A stretch of 64,000 nt of DNA from Gammaproteobacteria bacterium (GTDB lineage Bacteria > Pseudomonadota > Gammaproteobacteria > UBA4575). How positions within the stretch are numbered: the stretch's first letter is position 1; every line of letters starts with the position of its first letter. Below the pieces are notes generated by a model. It was not told the origin of the DNA. It made no database searches and was given only the letters and a program-made list of their open reading frames with translations. The DNA lies in NCBI GenBank assembly GCA_965221955.1, contig CBDCTA010000029.1, positions 604,601 through 668,600 of the forward strand, written 5' to 3'. The position numbers and the translations under genes are program-made. Shown piece after piece: positions 42,028 to 55,008 of the stretch.

Positions 42028-42633
42028 ATGGACCTATCACTCGCAAATTCAAAAGCAAAAGTAAAAGTATCGGATGATATTTTTGCTTGCGAATATAACG
42101 AAGATTTAGTGCATCAAGCGGTTACAGCTTATCTTGCAGGTGGGCGACAAGGTACAAAAGCTCAAAAGAGTCGTAGTGATGTGAAAGGCGGTGGTGCTAA
42201 ACCATGGCGACAAAAAGGCACCGGTCGTGCACGTGCGGGTACATCAAATAGTCCTATCTGGCGTTCAGGTGGTGTTACGTTTGCGGCAAGGCCAAGAAGC
42301 TATAAACAAAAGCTTAATAAGAAAATGTTGCGCGCAGCGTATGCATCGATGTTTTCTGAATTAATTCGTCAAGAGCGCGTGCATGTAGTAGAAGATTTTT
42401 CTGTTACAGGGCCTAAGACTAAACAAGCGCTAGAGCATTTAAACAAACTTTCTATTTCTTCCGCTTTAGTGATCACCGAAGAAGCTGATAAAAATCTTTA
42501 TTTATCTGTGCGTAATTTACCGCATGTGGATGTAACAGAAGTAGGTGGTTTAGATCCGGTGAGTTTGCTGAAGTATGAGCATGTTGTTGTAACTAAAGAT
42601 GCGTTAGGTGCAATTGAGGAGTGGTTGCAATGA
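42028..42633 (+). CDS. rplD: 50S ribosomal protein L4
   Basis: [14 protein letters not shown]. Confidence 0.99.
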   Translation: MDLSLANSKAKVKVSDDIFACEYNEDLVHQAVTAYLAGGRQGTKAQKSRSDVKGGGAKPWRQKGTGRARAGTSNSPIWRSGGVTFAARPRSYKQKLNKKMLRAAYASMFSELIRQERVHVVEDFSVTGPKTKQALEHLNKLSISSALVITEEADKNLYLSVRNLPHVDVTEVGGLDPVSLLKYEHVVVTKDALGAIEEWLQ

Positions 42634-42926
42634 ATCAAGAACGTTTAATGACTATCTTGCTGGGCCCGCATATCTCAGAGAAAACGGCAACGATTGCTGA
42701 CAGAAATAATCAGCATTCTTTTAAAGTTATTCGTGGTGCAAAAAAAGAAGAAATTAAAAAAGCAGTTGAGAAATTATTTGATGTAAAAGTAGCTGCAGTT
42801 AATACCATTAATATGAAGGGTAAGCGTAAACGTTTTGGCCGCCATGCAGGCAAACGTGCAGATTGGAAAAAAGCGGTTGTGACCTTAGAAGAAGGGCACG
42901 ATATTGATTTTGGTGGGTTCGAATAA
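42630..42926 (+). CDS. rplW: 50S ribosomal protein L23
   Basis: [14 protein letters not shown]. Confidence 0.98.
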   Translation: MNQERLMTILLGPHISEKTATIADRNNQHSFKVIRGAKKEEIKKAVEKLFDVKVAAVNTINMKGKRKRFGRHAGKRADWKKAVVTLEEGHDIDFGGFE

Positions 42927-42935
42927 ATTAACGTT

Positions 42936-43763
42936 ATGGCTATAGCAAAAGCAAAACCTACTTCCCCAGGACGCAGATTTGTAGTGCAAGTCACTACGCC
43001 TGGTTTGCATCAGGGTGGGCCTTATAAACCACTGCTAGATGAAAAGCGCAGAACGGGTGGTAGAAATAACGCTGGAAGAATCACTACACGCCATCGTGGT
43101 GGTGGCCATAAGAAACGTTATCGCGTTATTGATTTCAAGCGTAATAAAGATGAAATCACTGCAGAAGTAGAGCGTATTGAATACGATCCAAATAGAAGTG
43201 CAAACATCGCGTTATTGAAATATGCAGATGGTGAACGTCGTTACATTATTGCGCCGAAGAATTTACAGGTGAAAGATCAAATTGTTTCGGGTAATCAGGT
43301 GCCAATCAAAGTTGGCAATACTTCACCGATCAGAAATATACCTGTGGGAACAATTGTTCACTGTATTGAAATGAAAGCTGGTAAAGGTGCGCAAATGGCT
43401 AGAAGTGCTGGAGCTGCAGTGCAAATTGTCGCGCGTGAAGGAAATTATGCAACCTTGCGTTTGCGTTCAGGTGAGATGCGTAAAGTGCTATCAGATTGTC
43501 GAGCAACCATTGGTGAAGTCGGTAATGCTGAACACAACTTGCGTAAATTAGGTAAAGCAGGAGCAAAACGTTGGCGCGGTGTACGTCCAACCGTTCGTGG
43601 TGTTGCAATGAACCCAGTTGATCACCCGCATGGTGGTGGTGAAGGCAGAACTTCTGGTGGTAGACATCCAGTTTCACCTTGGGCAATGCCAACTAAAGGG
43701 TATAAGACACGTAAGAATCATCGTACAGATCGCTTGATCGTGCGTCGCAGAAATAAGAAATAA
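42936..43763 (+). CDS. rplB: 50S ribosomal protein L2
   Basis: [13 protein letters not shown]. Confidence 0.99.
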   Translation: MAIAKAKPTSPGRRFVVQVTTPGLHQGGPYKPLLDEKRRTGGRNNAGRITTRHRGGGHKKRYRVIDFKRNKDEITAEVERIEYDPNRSANIALLKYADGERRYIIAPKNLQVKDQIVSGNQVPIKVGNTSPIRNIPVGTIVHCIEMKAGKGAQMARSAGAAVQIVAREGNYATLRLRSGEMRKVLSDCRATIGEVGNAEHNLRKLGKAGAKRWRGVRPTVRGVAMNPVDHPHGGGEGRTSGGRHPVSPWAMPTKGYKTRKNHRTDRLIVRRRNKK

Positions 43764-43817
43764 AGCATAAGAAATAATTAATTAGTTTTTTAGATAAAGT
43801 TTTTAGAGACAAAGAAA

Positions 43818-44087
43818 ATGCCAAGATCGTTACGCAAAGGACCCTATATTGATCATCACTTGATGCAAAAGGTCGAGCAAGCTGCGGCGAATAATGATCG
43901 CAAACCAATTAAAACTTGGTCGCGCCGATCACTTGTAATCCCCGATATGGTCGGATTAACGATTGCAGTGCATAACGGGCGTCAACATGTTCCTGTTTTA
44001 GTCAGTGAAAACATGGTGGGTCACAAGCTTGGTGAATTTGCGATTACTCGAACTTTCAAAGGTCATTCTGGAGATCGTAAGGCGTAA
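43818..44087 (+). CDS. rpsS: 30S ribosomal protein S19
   Basis: KTWSRRS, GHKLGEF. Confidence 0.99.
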   Translation: MPRSLRKGPYIDHHLMQKVEQAAANNDRKPIKTWSRRSLVIPDMVGLTIAVHNGRQHVPVLVSENMVGHKLGEFAITRTFKGHSGDRKA

Positions 44088-44092
44088 TCATT

Positions 44093-44425
44093 ATGCAAAC
44101 TTCAGCAAAATTAACGTTTATTCGTATTGCACCGCAAAAGGCACGTTTGGTTGCCGATCAGATTCGCGGTAAGAATGTGGATCGTGCTTTAGAGATTTTA
44201 AAGTTTAGCCCTAAAAAAGGCGCAGCTTTAATTAAGAAAGTGCTTGAGTCAGCGATTGCGAATGCTGAGCACAATGAAGGTGCAGATATTGACGAGCTAA
44301 AAGTTTCAAAGATTTGCGTAGATGATGGTCCTACACATCGTCGCTTTAGAGCGCGTGCAAAAGGGCGTGCAGCTAAGATTTTGAAACGTACCAGTCATAT
44401 AACAGTTGAGGTTAGTGATAGTTAA
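44093..44425 (+). CDS. rplV: 50S ribosomal protein L22
   Basis: [20 protein letters not shown]. Confidence 0.99.
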   Translation: MQTSAKLTFIRIAPQKARLVADQIRGKNVDRALEILKFSPKKGAALIKKVLESAIANAEHNEGADIDELKVSKICVDDGPTHRRFRARAKGRAAKILKRTSHITVEVSDS

Positions 44426-44499
44426 TTTTTAAATTATCGAGTAGTGATATGTGCGAAACCAAAACAGTAAAATATTTAACCAAAGGTGAGTGCTAAACG

Positions 44500-45207
44500 A
44501 TGGGACAAAAAGTACATCCAACTGGAATGCGTTTAGGAATCTCCACCGACTGGACGTCGCGGTGGTATGCGGAAGGCAAAGGTTATGCAGAATTTCTACA
44601 AAGTGATTTAGAAATTAGAGAATATTTAAAGAAAAAATTATCGCAGGCATCGGTAAGTAGAATTCAAATTGATCGTCCTGCTCGAGCAGCATTTATCACC
44701 ATTCATACTGCACGACCTGGCATTGTGATTGGTAAGAAAGGTGAAGAAATTGAAGCGTTACGCCATGAGGTTGCGCGAAGAACAGGATTAAATGTTAACA
44801 ATGTGAAAATTAACATTGAAGAAATTCGCAAACCTGAAATTGACTCACAATTAGTTGCAGAAAGTATTGCGCAACAGTTGGAGCGCCGCATTATGTTTAG
44901 ACGCGCGATGAAGCGAGCAGTGAGTAATGCAATGCGTTTAGGTGCTTTAGGTGTAAAAGTTAATGTTGGTGGTCGATTGAATGGTGCTGAGATTGCACGC
45001 AGTGAGTGGTACCGTGAAGGACGTGTACCGTTACATACATTGCGCGCCAATATTGACTACGGATTTGCAGAAGCGTTAACCACCTATGGAATCATTGGTA
45101 TTAAGACTTGGATTTATAAAGGTGATGTTTTTGATCTGAATGCTAAAGAAAGCGAAGAAGATAAAAAACCCGCTACAGCAAAAACAGCTAAATCGAAAGC
45201 GAACTAA
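44500..45207 (+). CDS. rpsC: 30S ribosomal protein S3
   Basis: [17 protein letters not shown]. Confidence 0.99.
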   Translation: MGQKVHPTGMRLGISTDWTSRWYAEGKGYAEFLQSDLEIREYLKKKLSQASVSRIQIDRPARAAFITIHTARPGIVIGKKGEEIEALRHEVARRTGLNVNNVKINIEEIRKPEIDSQLVAESIAQQLERRIMFRRAMKRAVSNAMRLGALGVKVNVGGRLNGAEIARSEWYREGRVPLHTLRANIDYGFAEALTTYGIIGIKTWIYKGDVFDLNAKESEEDKKPATAKTAKSKAN

Positions 45208-45241
45208 TTTAAATTTAATTACAAACAATTAAGTATTCGTC

Positions 45242-45655
45242 ATGTTACAACCAAAAAGAACAAAATTTCGCAAACAGCAGAAAGGACGTAATCGTGGCTT
45301 GGCTTTAAATGGAAATAAGGTCAGTTTTGGTGAGTATGGTTTGAAAGCTGTGTCGCGTGGGCGCATCACTGCACGCCAAATTGAAGCTGCAAGACGTGCG
45401 ATGACACGTCATGTTAAGCGTGGTGGAAAAATTTGGATTCGTATTTTCCCTGATGTACCTGTCACTAAAAAACCTTTAGAGGTTAGACAGGGTAAAGGTA
45501 AAGGAAATGTTGAATATTGGGTTGCTAAGATTCAGCCTGGAAAAATGTTATATGAAATGGAAGGCGTTGATGAAGAAATTGCTCGTGAAGCCTTTCGTTT
45601 GGCAGATGCTAAATTACCTATTCGAACAGCATTTGTATCTAGAACAGTAATGTAA
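45242..45655 (+). CDS. rplP: 50S ribosomal protein L16
   Basis: [11 protein letters not shown]. Confidence 0.99.
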   Translation: MLQPKRTKFRKQQKGRNRGLALNGNKVSFGEYGLKAVSRGRITARQIEAARRAMTRHVKRGGKIWIRIFPDVPVTKKPLEVRQGKGKGNVEYWVAKIQPGKMLYEMEGVDEEIAREAFRLADAKLPIRTAFVSRTVM

Positions 45656-45678
45656 GAGCAAATGGCTAAGTTAGTACT

Positions 45679-45876
45679 ATGAAAGCAGAAGAGTTAAGAG
45701 GCAAATCAGTTAAAGAGCTGAATGATGAATTGCTTGAGCTGCGAAAAGAACAGTTCAATCTGCGCATGCAAAAAGGTGTTGGCCAAGCAACACGTGTGCA
45801 TCAGTTCAAATTGAATAGAAAGAATATTGCTCGCGTTAAAACAGTTATGAATGAGAAGGCTAAACAGGAAGCCTAA
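45679..45876 (+). CDS. rpmC: 50S ribosomal protein L29
   Basis: [14 protein letters not shown]. Confidence 0.98.
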   Translation: MKAEELRGKSVKELNDELLELRKEQFNLRMQKGVGQATRVHQFKLNRKNIARVKTVMNEKAKQEA

Positions 45877-45937
45877 ATCAATAATTTGGAATTTATGTAT
45901 ATGGTTAATTTACAAAACTTGTCATTGAGAGTTGCAA

Positions 45938-46201
45938 ATGTCTGAAGATAAGAAGATCCGCACCCTACAAGGTAAAGTGATCAGTGACAAGATGAATAAG
46001 ACGATAACCGTCTTATTAGAGCGTCAGGTTAAGCACCCTTTGTATAAGAAATACATTCGACGTTCTACAAAGTTACATGTGCATGATGAAAATAATGAGT
46101 GCTCAATTGGAGATATGGTTGCAATTCGCGAATGTCGTCCAATGTCAAAAACCAAGTCGTGGACTTTGGTTGAGATAACTGAGCGTGGTGCAGAAACCTA
46201 A
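45938..46201 (+). CDS. rpsQ: 30S ribosomal protein S17
   Basis: [16 protein letters not shown]. Confidence 0.98.
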   Translation: MSEDKKIRTLQGKVISDKMNKTITVLLERQVKHPLYKKYIRRSTKLHVHDENNECSIGDMVAIRECRPMSKTKSWTLVEITERGAET

Positions 46202-46219
46202 GTGTGATAAGGGGTAGTT

Positions 46220-46588
46220 ATGATTCAGATGCAAACTACGCTGGAAGCAGCAGACAACAGTGGTGCACGCAAGCTGCAGTGCATCAAAGTACTTGGTGGA
46301 TCGCACCGGCGTTACGCCAGAATTGGTGACGTTATTAAAGTTAGCGTTAAAGATGCGATTCCACGTGGCAAAGTTAAAAAAGGTGAGGTGTATAACGCCG
46401 TTGTAGTGCGTACTGCTAAAGGTGTGCGCCGTACTGATGGTTCATTGATTCGTTTTGATACCAATGCGGCCGTATTGTTGAATACTCAGTTGCAACCAAT
46501 TGGAACACGTATTTTTGGACCTGTTACACGCGAATTAAGAACGGAGCGTTTTATGAAAATTATTTCTTTAGCGCCAGAAGTTTTATAA
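46220..46588 (+). CDS. rplN: 50S ribosomal protein L14
   Basis: ADNSGA, SLAPEVL. Confidence 0.99.
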   Translation: MIQMQTTLEAADNSGARKLQCIKVLGGSHRRYARIGDVIKVSVKDAIPRGKVKKGEVYNAVVVRTAKGVRRTDGSLIRFDTNAAVLLNTQLQPIGTRIFGPVTRELRTERFMKIISLAPEVL

Positions 46589-46626
46589 AAAAAAGTATTG
46601 TAAAGAATTTATTTAAAGTAAAAGAC

Positions 46627-46944
46627 ATGCATAAGATACATAGAGGAGACGATGTCATCGTAATCGCCGGCAAAGATAAAGGCCGACGTGGCACTGTGCT
46701 TAAAGTGCTAGATGACCAGCGTGTCGTTGTGGAAAGCATCAATATTGCTAAGAGGCATCAAAAGCCAAACCCAAATGCAGGTATTGCAGGTGGGATTGTG
46801 GATCGTGAAATGCCAATTGATGTTTCCAATGTAATGATTTTTAACCCGTCTACGAACAAAGGCGATCGTGTTGGCTTTAAGATTCTTAAAGACAATAAAA
46901 AAGTTCGTTACTTTAAGTCTAACGGCGAAGTAGTTGACGTTTAA
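46627..46944 (+). CDS. rplX: 50S ribosomal protein L24
   Basis: [13 protein letters not shown]. Confidence 0.99.
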   Translation: MHKIHRGDDVIVIAGKDKGRRGTVLKVLDDQRVVVESINIAKRHQKPNPNAGIAGGIVDREMPIDVSNVMIFNPSTNKGDRVGFKILKDNKKVRYFKSNGEVVDV

Positions 46945-46968
46945 AGATTAAGATTTGAGATTAATATA

Positions 46969-47511
46969 ATGACACCGCGTCTACAAGAATACTATAACAA
47001 CACTGTTCGAGATCAGCTTAAAGAAAAGTTTGGTTTCAAGAATGTTATGCAAGTACCACGCATTGAAAAAATTACACTCAATACTGGTATGGGTGAAGCA
47101 GTGCGTGACAAAAAACTAATTGAAAAAGTAGTTGCTGATATGGAGCAAATTGCTGGTCAAAAAGTTGTAGTCACTAAGGCAAAAAAATCAATTGCGGGAT
47201 TTAGTATTCGCGATAACTATCCAATCGGTTGCAAAGTTACATTACGCAAAACGCGTATGTATGAGTTTTTAGATCGATTGATCAATATTGCGATCCCTCG
47301 CATACGTGATTTTCGAGGGCTTAATGGCAAAGCTTTTGATGGGCGTGGAAATTATAGTCTTGGTATTACCGAGCAGATTATTTTTCCTGAAATTGATTAC
47401 GACAAAATTGATGCGATTCGTGGAATGGACATTGCGATTACCACGAGTGCAAAAACAGATGAAGAAGCTAAGGCATTGTTAGAAGCCTTCAGTTTCCCCT
47501 TTAGAAAATAA
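46969..47511 (+). CDS. rplE: 50S ribosomal protein L5
   Basis: [15 protein letters not shown]. Confidence 0.99.
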   Translation: MTPRLQEYYNNTVRDQLKEKFGFKNVMQVPRIEKITLNTGMGEAVRDKKLIEKVVADMEQIAGQKVVVTKAKKSIAGFSIRDNYPIGCKVTLRKTRMYEFLDRLINIAIPRIRDFRGLNGKAFDGRGNYSLGITEQIIFPEIDYDKIDAIRGMDIAITTSAKTDEEAKALLEAFSFPFRK

Positions 47512-47537
47512 ACGAATAGTAACGAGAGATCTAATTT

Positions 47538-47843
47538 ATGGCTAAGCTTTCAATGGTTGCTCGCGACGTGAAACGTGAAAAAGTCGTGCGTCGATATGCT
47601 ACAAAACGTGCTGAATTGAAGGCAATTATTAAAAGCCCTACAAGCAGCTACGAAGAGAAAGAAGCGGCAGTGTTAAAACTGCAAAAGCTACCTAAGAATG
47701 CTAGCCCTGTGCGTATGCGAAACCGATGTAATTTAACCGGACGACCTAAAGGCTATTACCGCAAATTTGGTCTTGGTCGTAATAAATTGCGTGAAGCGGC
47801 AATGCGAGGCGATGTTCCAGGTTTGGTTAAAGCCAGCTGGTAA
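47538..47843 (+). CDS. rpsN: 30S ribosomal protein S14 (long, non-zinc type)
   Basis: [18 protein letters not shown]. Confidence 0.99.
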   Translation: MAKLSMVARDVKREKVVRRYATKRAELKAIIKSPTSSYEEKEAAVLKLQKLPKNASPVRMRNRCNLTGRPKGYYRKFGLGRNKLREAAMRGDVPGLVKASW

Positions 47844-47862
47844 TAAAAAGTAAGGAATTATT

Positions 47863-48258
47863 ATGAGTATGAGCGATCCCATTTCCGATATGTTAACGCG
47901 TATTCGTAATGGACAAAGTGCGAATAAGGTGACTGTCGAAATTCCTGCTTCGAAAGTTAAAAAAGCAATCGCTAGTGTGCTTAAAGATGAAGGTTTTATA
48001 GAAGACTTTGCTGTGAATGAAGAAGGTGCAAAGGCAACTATCATTGTAACGCTTAAGTATTATATGGGTGAGCCTGTGATTTCTAAACTGAAACGAGTGA
48101 GTCGCCCAGGTTTGCGTATCTATAAGAGTGTAGATGAATTGCCACGTGTCATCGGTGGGATGGGTGTTGCAATTATTTCAACCTCTAATGGTGTAATGAG
48201 TGATCGCGCTGCACGTGCTGCAGGGCGCGGTGGTGAAGTGTTATGTACCGTTGAATAG
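47863..48258 (+). CDS. rpsH: 30S ribosomal protein S8
   Basis: [18 protein letters not shown]. Confidence 0.99.
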   Translation: MSMSDPISDMLTRIRNGQSANKVTVEIPASKVKKAIASVLKDEGFIEDFAVNEEGAKATIIVTLKYYMGEPVISKLKRVSRPGLRIYKSVDELPRVIGGMGVAIISTSNGVMSDRAARAAGRGGEVLCTVE

Positions 48259-48301
48259 ATTAGTCGAATAAATTAAGAGAACGAAAAGTATTTAAATAAT
48301 T

Positions 48302-48829
48302 ATGTCACGAGTCGCGAGTCAACCTGTTGTTGTGCCATCTGGAGTGAATGTAAAACTCAATGGCCAGCATTTAGCCGTTAAAGGTTCAAAAGGTGAAATG
48401 TCTATGGACATTCACGATGACGTAGTTGTTGAGCACAATGATAGTGAAATTAATGTGCTTGTAGAAAAGAGTAAGAACATAGCTATGGCAGGAACTATGC
48501 GAGCATTGATCAATAATTTAGTGGTTGGTGTAAGTAATGGTTTTGAGAAAAAGTTAGAGCTTGTTGGAGTGGGTTATCGTGCCCAGGCTAAAGGTAAAAC
48601 TTTGAATTTAAATTTGGGTTTCTCACACCCTGTAGATTATCCAGTGCCTGAAGGGGTAAAAATTGAAACTCCTAGCCAGACTGAAGTTGTGGTGAGTGGT
48701 TCTGATAAACAAAAAGTAGGCCAAGTGGCTGCTGAGATTAGAGCCTTTAGACCACCTGAGCCATACAAAGGCAAAGGTGTAAAGTATGCAGACGAGCGCA
48801 TTGTTCGTAAGGAAGCTAAGAAGAAGTAA
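48302..48829 (+). CDS. rplF: 50S ribosomal protein L6
   Basis: [10 protein letters not shown]. Confidence 0.99.
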   Translation: MSRVASQPVVVPSGVNVKLNGQHLAVKGSKGEMSMDIHDDVVVEHNDSEINVLVEKSKNIAMAGTMRALINNLVVGVSNGFEKKLELVGVGYRAQAKGKTLNLNLGFSHPVDYPVPEGVKIETPSQTEVVVSGSDKQKVGQVAAEIRAFRPPEPYKGKGVKYADERIVRKEAKKK

Positions 48830-48835
48830 GCCGGT

Positions 48836-49195
48836 ATGAGTAATAGTAAAACAACGTCAAGATTACGCAGAGCACGAAAAACTCGCAGTAAAATTGCTGA
48901 GCTAAATGCACATCGTTTATGTGTACACCGTACTTCTAAGCATATTTATGCTCAAGTAATTGCACCTACTGGCGATCAAACATTAGTTGCGGCCTCATCT
49001 GTGGAGCCCGAAGTGCGCGGTGCTGTTAAATACAGTGGCAATGTTGATGCAGCTAAAGCGGTAGGCGAAAAAATTGCACAACGCGCAAAAGATAAAGGTA
49101 TTGAAACAGTTGCTTTTGATCGATCGGGTTTTAGATATCACGGTCGTGTTAAGGCACTTGCTGTGGCTGCACGAGAAGCAGGCCTCAAGTTTTAA
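48836..49195 (+). CDS. rplR: 50S ribosomal protein L18
   Basis: [12 protein letters not shown]. Confidence 0.99.
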   Translation: MSNSKTTSRLRRARKTRSKIAELNAHRLCVHRTSKHIYAQVIAPTGDQTLVAASSVEPEVRGAVKYSGNVDAAKAVGEKIAQRAKDKGIETVAFDRSGFRYHGRVKALAVAAREAGLKF

Positions 49196-49241
49196 CTAGA
49201 TAGTTTAATTAAGTAATAAAGAATAACGAAGGCTAATAAAT

Positions 49242-49748
49242 ATGGCTGCAAATGAACCCGCAAGAATATCAGACGGTCTTGAAGAAAGATTAGTCTCAGT
49301 AAACCGTGTGGCCAAAGTTGTGAAAGGTGGTCGTCAATTTGGTTTTACTGCATTAACGGTTGTGGGTGATGGCAATGGTAAAGTGGGCGTAGGATACGGT
49401 AAAGCACGTGAAGTGCCTTTGGCAATTCAAAAAGCAATGGAAAAAGCGCGTAAAGATATGGTTCAAGTGCCCATTAAAGAAGGCACTTTATATTATCCAA
49501 TCGTTGGCATTCATGGCGCTGCGAAGGTGTTTATGCAGCCAGCTTCAGTCGGTACAGGAATTATTGCCGGTGGTGCGATGCGTGCCGTATTTGAAGTCGT
49601 GGGTGTTAAGAACGTTTTATCAAAATGTATTGGTTCAAGAAATCCAATTAACGTGGTGAAAGCGACAATCAATGCATTAAACAAAATGCAATCACCTGAT
49701 TATATCGCTGCAAAACGTGGCAAAACAGTTGAAGAAGTATTGTCATAG
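49242..49748 (+). CDS. rpsE: 30S ribosomal protein S5
   Basis: [18 protein letters not shown]. Confidence 0.99.
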   Translation: MAANEPARISDGLEERLVSVNRVAKVVKGGRQFGFTALTVVGDGNGKVGVGYGKAREVPLAIQKAMEKARKDMVQVPIKEGTLYYPIVGIHGAAKVFMQPASVGTGIIAGGAMRAVFEVVGVKNVLSKCIGSRNPINVVKATINALNKMQSPDYIAAKRGKTVEEVLS

Positions 49749-49761
49749 ATAATATTTAAGT

Positions 49762-49944
49762 ATGAGTAAGCAGTTAAAAGTAACACTAGTAAAAAGTTTA
49801 AATGGCCGTCTAGCGGCACATAAAGCTTGTGCGCGTGGATTGGGAATTCGCCGCATTCATAATCCAGTGAATGTTATCGATACTCCAGAAAATCGCGGCA
49901 TGATCAATAAGATTAGTTACATGCTTAAAGTCGAAGAAGCCTAA
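49762..49944 (+). CDS. rpmD: 50S ribosomal protein L30
   Basis: [16 protein letters not shown]. Confidence 0.98.
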   Translation: MSKQLKVTLVKSLNGRLAAHKACARGLGIRRIHNPVNVIDTPENRGMINKISYMLKVEEA

Positions 49945-49983
49945 GGGATTACTTGAAAGATTAACAGTAAAGATTAAAGAACC

Positions 49984-50418
49984 ATGAATTTAAATTCATT
50001 AAAACCAGCCGAAGGAAGTCGCCCTAATCGCAAACGTGTGGGTCGTGGTATGGGTTCGGGTTCAGGTAAAACCTGTAGTCGTGGACACAAAGGCCAGCAT
50101 TCTCGTTCTGGTGGTTACCACAAGGTCGGTTTTGAAGGCGGTCAAATGCCTTTGCAGAGACGCTTACCTAAAGTAGGTTTTCGTTCTCGCAAAGCGCCAT
50201 TAACTGCAGAACTTAGACTACATGAGCTTGAATTAGTAGAAGAAGATGTTATTGATTTAGATGCGTTGAAAGACGCAAAGCTTGTGCCTGCAGTAACGAA
50301 AAAAGTAAAAGTGATTCAATCAGGAAAAATTGAAAAGGCAGTTAAAACCAAAGGTTTGAATTTTACTGCCGGTGCAAAAAAAGCCGTTGAAGCTGCCGGA
50401 GGCACGATAGAAGAATAA
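49984..50418 (+). CDS. rplO: 50S ribosomal protein L15
   Basis: [15 protein letters not shown]. Confidence 0.99.
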   Translation: MNLNSLKPAEGSRPNRKRVGRGMGSGSGKTCSRGHKGQHSRSGGYHKVGFEGGQMPLQRRLPKVGFRSRKAPLTAELRLHELELVEEDVIDLDALKDAKLVPAVTKKVKVIQSGKIEKAVKTKGLNFTAGAKKAVEAAGGTIEE

Positions 50419-51755
50419 TGTCACGTGCAGCTGCTAATGTAGGTTCTCTTGCAGGCTTAGGTCAAGTTACCGAGCTACGTAAGCGTTTATTGTTTGTATT
50501 GTTTGCGTTAATTGTATACCGCATCGGTACTTTTATTCCTGTGCCTGGAATTGATCCAGGGGCAATGTCTAGATTTTTTGACCAGCAAAGCAGCACGATT
50601 CTGGGAATGTTTAATATGTTTTCCGGTGGAGCACTTGAGCGCCTGAGTATTTTTGCCTTAGGTATCATGCCTTACATTTCTGCTTCCATCATTATGCAGT
50701 TAATGAGTGCGGTGCTGCCTTCACTTAAAGAGTTAAAAAAAGAAGGTGAGGCAGGTAGAAGAAAGATTACCCAATACACACGATACGGTACTTTGTTTCT
50801 CGCAACCTTTCAGGCTATCGGTGTATCCATTGCATTGCAGAACCAGCAAATTGCATTGTCTCCTGGTATAGGTTTTATGTTTACCGCTACGATCTCGTTA
50901 GTCACTGGTGCAATCTTTTTAATGTGGTTAGGTGAACAGATTACAGAATATGGAATCGGAAATGGTATTTCGATCATTATTTTTGCTGGGATTGTGGCAG
51001 GCTTGCCTTCAGCAATTGGTGGAACGTTAGATTTGGTTTCACAAGGTGCTATGAGTGAAGGTTTTGCATTGTTTTTATTCCTAATGGCAATTTTGGTCAC
51101 TGCATTTGTGATTTTTGTAGAGCGTGCACAACGGCGCATTACAGTTAACTATGCACGTCGGCAACAAGGTAGAAAGATGTATGCGGCACAATCTACACAC
51201 CTACCTTTGAAATTAAATATGTCTGGGGTAATTCCGCCTATTTTTGCTTCAAGTATTATTTTATTTCCGGCCACGTTATTACAGTGGACCAGCAGTGCGG
51301 AAGGTGGTTTTTCGTGGTTGAATAAGATTGCTACGGCAATTTCCCCCGGCCAGCCTTTATATGTGATGCTTTATGCGTTAGCGATTGTGTTTTTCTGCTT
51401 CTTTTACACTGCAATTGTTTTTGATTCACGCGAGACGGCTGATAATTTAAAGCGTTCAGGCGCCTTCATTCCGGGTATTCGTCCAGGTGATCAAACTGCG
51501 CGTTATATTGATTCAGTACTCACTCGTTTAACTGCGGTGGGTGCAATTTATATTACTTTGGTGTGTTTATTGCCAGAGTTTCTTATTTTGAAATTTGGAG
51601 TGCCGTTTTATTTTGGTGGTACTTCATTGTTAATTATTGTTGTAGTGGTGATGGATTTTATGGCGCAGGTACAAGCCCATTTAATGTCTCATCAATACGA
51701 AGGTTTGATGAAAAAAGCGAATCTGAAAGGTTCGGGTCGTAGTTCAGCTCGTTAG
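50418..51755 (+). CDS. secY: Preprotein translocase SecY
   Basis: [32 protein letters not shown]. Confidence 0.99.
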   Translation: MSRAAANVGSLAGLGQVTELRKRLLFVLFALIVYRIGTFIPVPGIDPGAMSRFFDQQSSTILGMFNMFSGGALERLSIFALGIMPYISASIIMQLMSAVLPSLKELKKEGEAGRRKITQYTRYGTLFLATFQAIGVSIALQNQQIALSPGIGFMFTATISLVTGAIFLMWLGEQITEYGIGNGISIIIFAGIVAGLPSAIGGTLDLVSQGAMSEGFALFLFLMAILVTAFVIFVERAQRRITVNYARRQQGRKMYAAQSTHLPLKLNMSGVIPPIFASSIILFPATLLQWTSSAEGGFSWLNKIATAISPGQPLYVMLYALAIVFFCFFYTAIVFDSRETADNLKRSGAFIPGIRPGDQTARYIDSVLTRLTAVGAIYITLVCLLPEFLILKFGVPFYFGGTSLLIIVVVVMDFMAQVQAHLMSHQYEGLMKKANLKGSGRSSAR

Positions 51756-51779
51756 CGAGAGACTGTTAAAGGTAGTGTT

Positions 51780-51893
51780 ATGAAAGTACGAGCATCGGTT
51801 AAAAAAATGTGTCGCAATTGTAAGGTGATACGCCGTAATGGTGTAGTGCGTGTGATCTGTAAAGATCCACGACACAAACAGCGACAAGGTTAA
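51780..51893 (+). CDS. rpmJ: 50S ribosomal protein L36
   Basis: Manual translation [37 protein letters not shown]; below ORF-track cutoff. Confidence 0.98.
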   Translation: MKVRASVKKMCRNCKVIRRNGVVRVICKDPRHKQRQG

Positions 51894-51918
51894 GAGTTAG
51901 GTAAAAAGGCAAGAATAA

Positions 51919-52275
51919 ATGGCACGTATAGCAGGAATTAATGTACCGGTACATAAGCATACCGTGATTGCGTTGACTTCAATTTATGGGATTGGTCGTA
52001 CCTTGTCTTCTAAAATTTGTGAAGGTGCAAATATTTCGCCTGATGTAAAGATTAAAGATCTTAGCGAAGATGAAGTAGGCAGGTTACGTACTGAAGTTGC
52101 AAAGTATCGTGTTGAAGGTGACTTGCGTAGAGAAATTACTGTAAATATTAAACGATTAATGGATCTTGGTACGTACCGAGGCATTCGTCATCGTCGTGGC
52201 TTACCACTACGAGGGCAACGTACACGTACTAATGCGCGTACACGTAAAGGCCCCAGAAGACCTATAAAAAGATAG
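51919..52275 (+). CDS. rpsM: 30S ribosomal protein S13
   Basis: [20 protein letters not shown]. Confidence 0.99.
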   Translation: MARIAGINVPVHKHTVIALTSIYGIGRTLSSKICEGANISPDVKIKDLSEDEVGRLRTEVAKYRVEGDLRREITVNIKRLMDLGTYRGIRHRRGLPLRGQRTRTNARTRKGPRRPIKR

Positions 52276-52319
52276 GACCAATTAAGAGGTAAAACTTAAA
52301 GAGTTAAAAAAATTTTATT

Positions 52320-52709
52320 ATGGCTAAAACCCCTACAAGAACACGAAAAAAAGTAAAACGCGTTGTTACTGACGGTGTTGCACACGTGCATGCATCTTTT
52401 AACAACACGATTGTTACGATCACTGATCGTCAAGGTAATGCATTATCTTGGGCAACTTCGGGTGGCTCAGGTTTTCGTGGTTCGCGTAAAAGTACACCCT
52501 TTGCAGCGCAGGTGGCAGCAGATCGTGCAGGACAAGCTGCACTTGAATATGGCTTGAAGAATTTAGAAGTACGTATTAAAGGACCAGGACCAGGTCGTGA
52601 ATCTGCAGTTCGTGCATTGCACGCTGTGGGTTATAAAATTACTAATATAAACGACATTACACCCATTCCACACAATGGTTGTCGTCCTCCGAAAAGACGC
52701 CGTGTGTAG
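52320..52709 (+). CDS. rpsK: 30S ribosomal protein S11
   Basis: [16 protein letters not shown]. Confidence 0.99.
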   Translation: MAKTPTRTRKKVKRVVTDGVAHVHASFNNTIVTITDRQGNALSWATSGGSGFRGSRKSTPFAAQVAADRAGQAALEYGLKNLEVRIKGPGPGRESAVRALHAVGYKITNINDITPIPHNGCRPPKRRRV

Positions 52710-52720
52710 AGGTTAAAGTT

Positions 52721-53341
52721 ATGGCACGTTATTTAGGACCAAAATGTAAATTAAGTCGTCGCGAAGGCACTGACCTGATGTTAAAGGGTCGTGCAAGACC
52801 GCTTGATAGTAAATGTAAAATTGACAAACAGCCTGGACAACATGGTGATAAACGTGGTCGTCCATCGAACTATGGTATGCAATTGCGTGAAAAACAAAAG
52901 TTGCGTCGCATCTATGGTGTATTAGAGCGTCAGTTTAGAAATTATTATAAGAAAGCCTCTAAAATTAAGGGCTCAACCGGTGAGAACTTGCTTCAATTAT
53001 TAGAATGCAGATTAGATAATGTTCTTTATCGTATGGGGTTTGGTGTAACTCGAGCAGAGTGTCGTCAACTCATTAGTCACAAGGCCATTACAGTTAACGG
53101 AGGGGTTGTAAATATTCCTTCTTATCATGTATCGCCAAGTGATGTAGTTGAAGTTCGAGAAAAGTCTAAGAAACAGTTGCGTATTCAAGACGCATTAAAT
53201 ACGGCTGAACAACTTGGTTTACCGGAATGGGTTGAGGTAGATATTAAAAAAATGCAGGGCACTTTTAAGTCAGTGCCGGAGCGTGGTGATTTACCACCAG
53301 ATATCAATGAGTCACTCGTGGTCGAGTTGTATTCTAAGTAA
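52721..53341 (+). CDS. rpsD: 30S ribosomal protein S4
   Basis: [22 protein letters not shown]. Confidence 0.99.
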   Translation: MARYLGPKCKLSRREGTDLMLKGRARPLDSKCKIDKQPGQHGDKRGRPSNYGMQLREKQKLRRIYGVLERQFRNYYKKASKIKGSTGENLLQLLECRLDNVLYRMGFGVTRAECRQLISHKAITVNGGVVNIPSYHVSPSDVVEVREKSKKQLRIQDALNTAEQLGLPEWVEVDIKKMQGTFKSVPERGDLPPDINESLVVELYSK

Positions 53342-53380
53342 TCGCTAAATAGTAATTGTAGTTTTAAAGAGGTTTTATCA

Positions 53381-54373
53381 ATGGTAGCAGCAAATGAATT
53401 ACTAAAGCCTAGAGTTGTCGATGTTCAGGTAACAGATGAATGTCATGCAAAAGTTGTACTTGAGCCGCTTGAGCGTGGTTTTGGGCATACTCTTGGCAAT
53501 GCACTGCGCCGAATTTTGCTTTCGTCTATTCAAGGTTGTGCAGTAGTAGAAGCCCAAATAGATGGCGTATTACATGAATACACTGCAATTGAAGGTGTAC
53601 AGGAAGATGTCGTTGATATCTTGTTAAACCTCAAGGGGGTTGCGGCAGTGATGCATAATAAAAATGAAGCTTTGCTCACTTTGCATAAAACGGGTCCTGG
53701 TGTAGCAACGGCTGCAGATATTGAGGCGGATCATGATGTAGAAATTATCAATAAGGATCATGTAATTGCCCATTTGACTGAGCAAGGCACACTAAACATG
53801 ACGCTTAAGATCTCTAAAGGTCGTGGTTATCAGCCTGCCACGCAAAGAAGAAATGAAGATGACCGTGCAATAGGTTCTTTATTATTAGATGCTAGCTTTA
53901 GCCCTGTTCGCAAAGTAGCGTATTCTGTGGATAGTGCGCGTGTAGAACAGCGTACTGACTTGGATAAACTGATTGTTGATCTTGAAACTAATGGTACAGT
54001 AGATCCTGAAGAGACTATTCGTAAGGCTGCTGGAATTTTACAACAACAGCTTTCAGTATTTGTCGATCTGCAAGGGGATGAGCAAGTTGAACAAGAGAAG
54101 ACTGAAACAGAGATCGATCCGATCTTGGTGCGTCCTGTAGACGATCTAGAGTTAACGGTTCGTTCTGCAAACTGTTTGAAAGCAGAAAATATTTACTACA
54201 TTGGTGATCTTATTCAACGTACTGAAGTTGAATTATTAAAAACACCAAACTTAGGTAAGAAATCTTTAACAGAAATTAAAGATGTATTAGGTACTCATGG
54301 ATTATCATTAGGTATGCGCTTAGAAAACTGGCCACCTGCAAATTTACGTGAAGAGCGTAAAGTAATTATTTAA
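53381..54373 (+). CDS. rpoA: RNA polymerase alpha subunit
   Basis: [26 protein letters not shown]. Confidence 0.99.
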   Translation: MVAANELLKPRVVDVQVTDECHAKVVLEPLERGFGHTLGNALRRILLSSIQGCAVVEAQIDGVLHEYTAIEGVQEDVVDILLNLKGVAAVMHNKNEALLTLHKTGPGVATAADIEADHDVEIINKDHVIAHLTEQGTLNMTLKISKGRGYQPATQRRNEDDRAIGSLLLDASFSPVRKVAYSVDSARVEQRTDLDKLIVDLETNGTVDPEETIRKAAGILQQQLSVFVDLQGDEQVEQEKTETEIDPILVRPVDDLELTVRSANCLKAENIYYIGDLIQRTEVELLKTPNLGKKSLTEIKDVLGTHGLSLGMRLENWPPANLREERKVII

Positions 54374-54405
54374 TTTGGCTGCAGAGTTTAGAATAGGAAA
54401 GTAAA

Positions 54406-54774
54406 GTGAGACATCGTAAATCAGGTCGACAACTTAATCGTAATAGTTCTCATCGTAAAGCGATGATGAGCAATATGGCGACCTCATTATTTTCACATGA
54501 AGTGATTCGTACTACTTTGCCTAAAGCAAAGGAGTTGCGTCGTTATGCAGAACCTTTAATTACGTTGGCCAAAGATGATAGCGTAGCAAAAAGACAACTG
54601 GCTTTTTCACGCTTACGTGATAAAGCAGCAGTGGGTAAATTATTTTCTGAATTAGGGCCACGATATAAAGAGCGCCCTGGTGGCTACACGCGCATTCTTA
54701 AATGCGGCTTTCGCCCAGGTGATAATGCCCCCATGGCACTTGTTGAACTCGTGGATCGTCCTATCGAAGAATAG
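54406..54774 (+). CDS. rplQ: 50S ribosomal protein L17
   Basis: [20 protein letters not shown]. Confidence 0.99.
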   Translation: MRHRKSGRQLNRNSSHRKAMMSNMATSLFSHEVIRTTLPKAKELRRYAEPLITLAKDDSVAKRQLAFSRLRDKAAVGKLFSELGPRYKERPGGYTRILKCGFRPGDNAPMALVELVDRPIEE

Positions 54775-54792
54775 AAATTTATAAATATTTAT

Positions 54793-54821
54793 AAAAAAGC
54801 CAGGTTTATCCTGGCTTTTTT
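54793..54821 (+). terminator. Terminator of the alpha operon
   Basis: AAAAAAGCCAGG-TTTAT-CCTGGCTTTTTT. Confidence 0.9.
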
Positions 54822-55008
54822 GTGTCCATTTAGTTTTTAACTGATGCTGTACAAATTGTGATCTATTGCACAATATTTTCTGTTATTAGATTTACATATC
54901 AATAAATCAATTAGTTACTGAGCGAATTCAATATTAATAATTTATATAACGACTATTCAATGGTGGGTAATAAGGTAGAATTGGAAAATAAAAATTTATG
55001 GGTTGGTC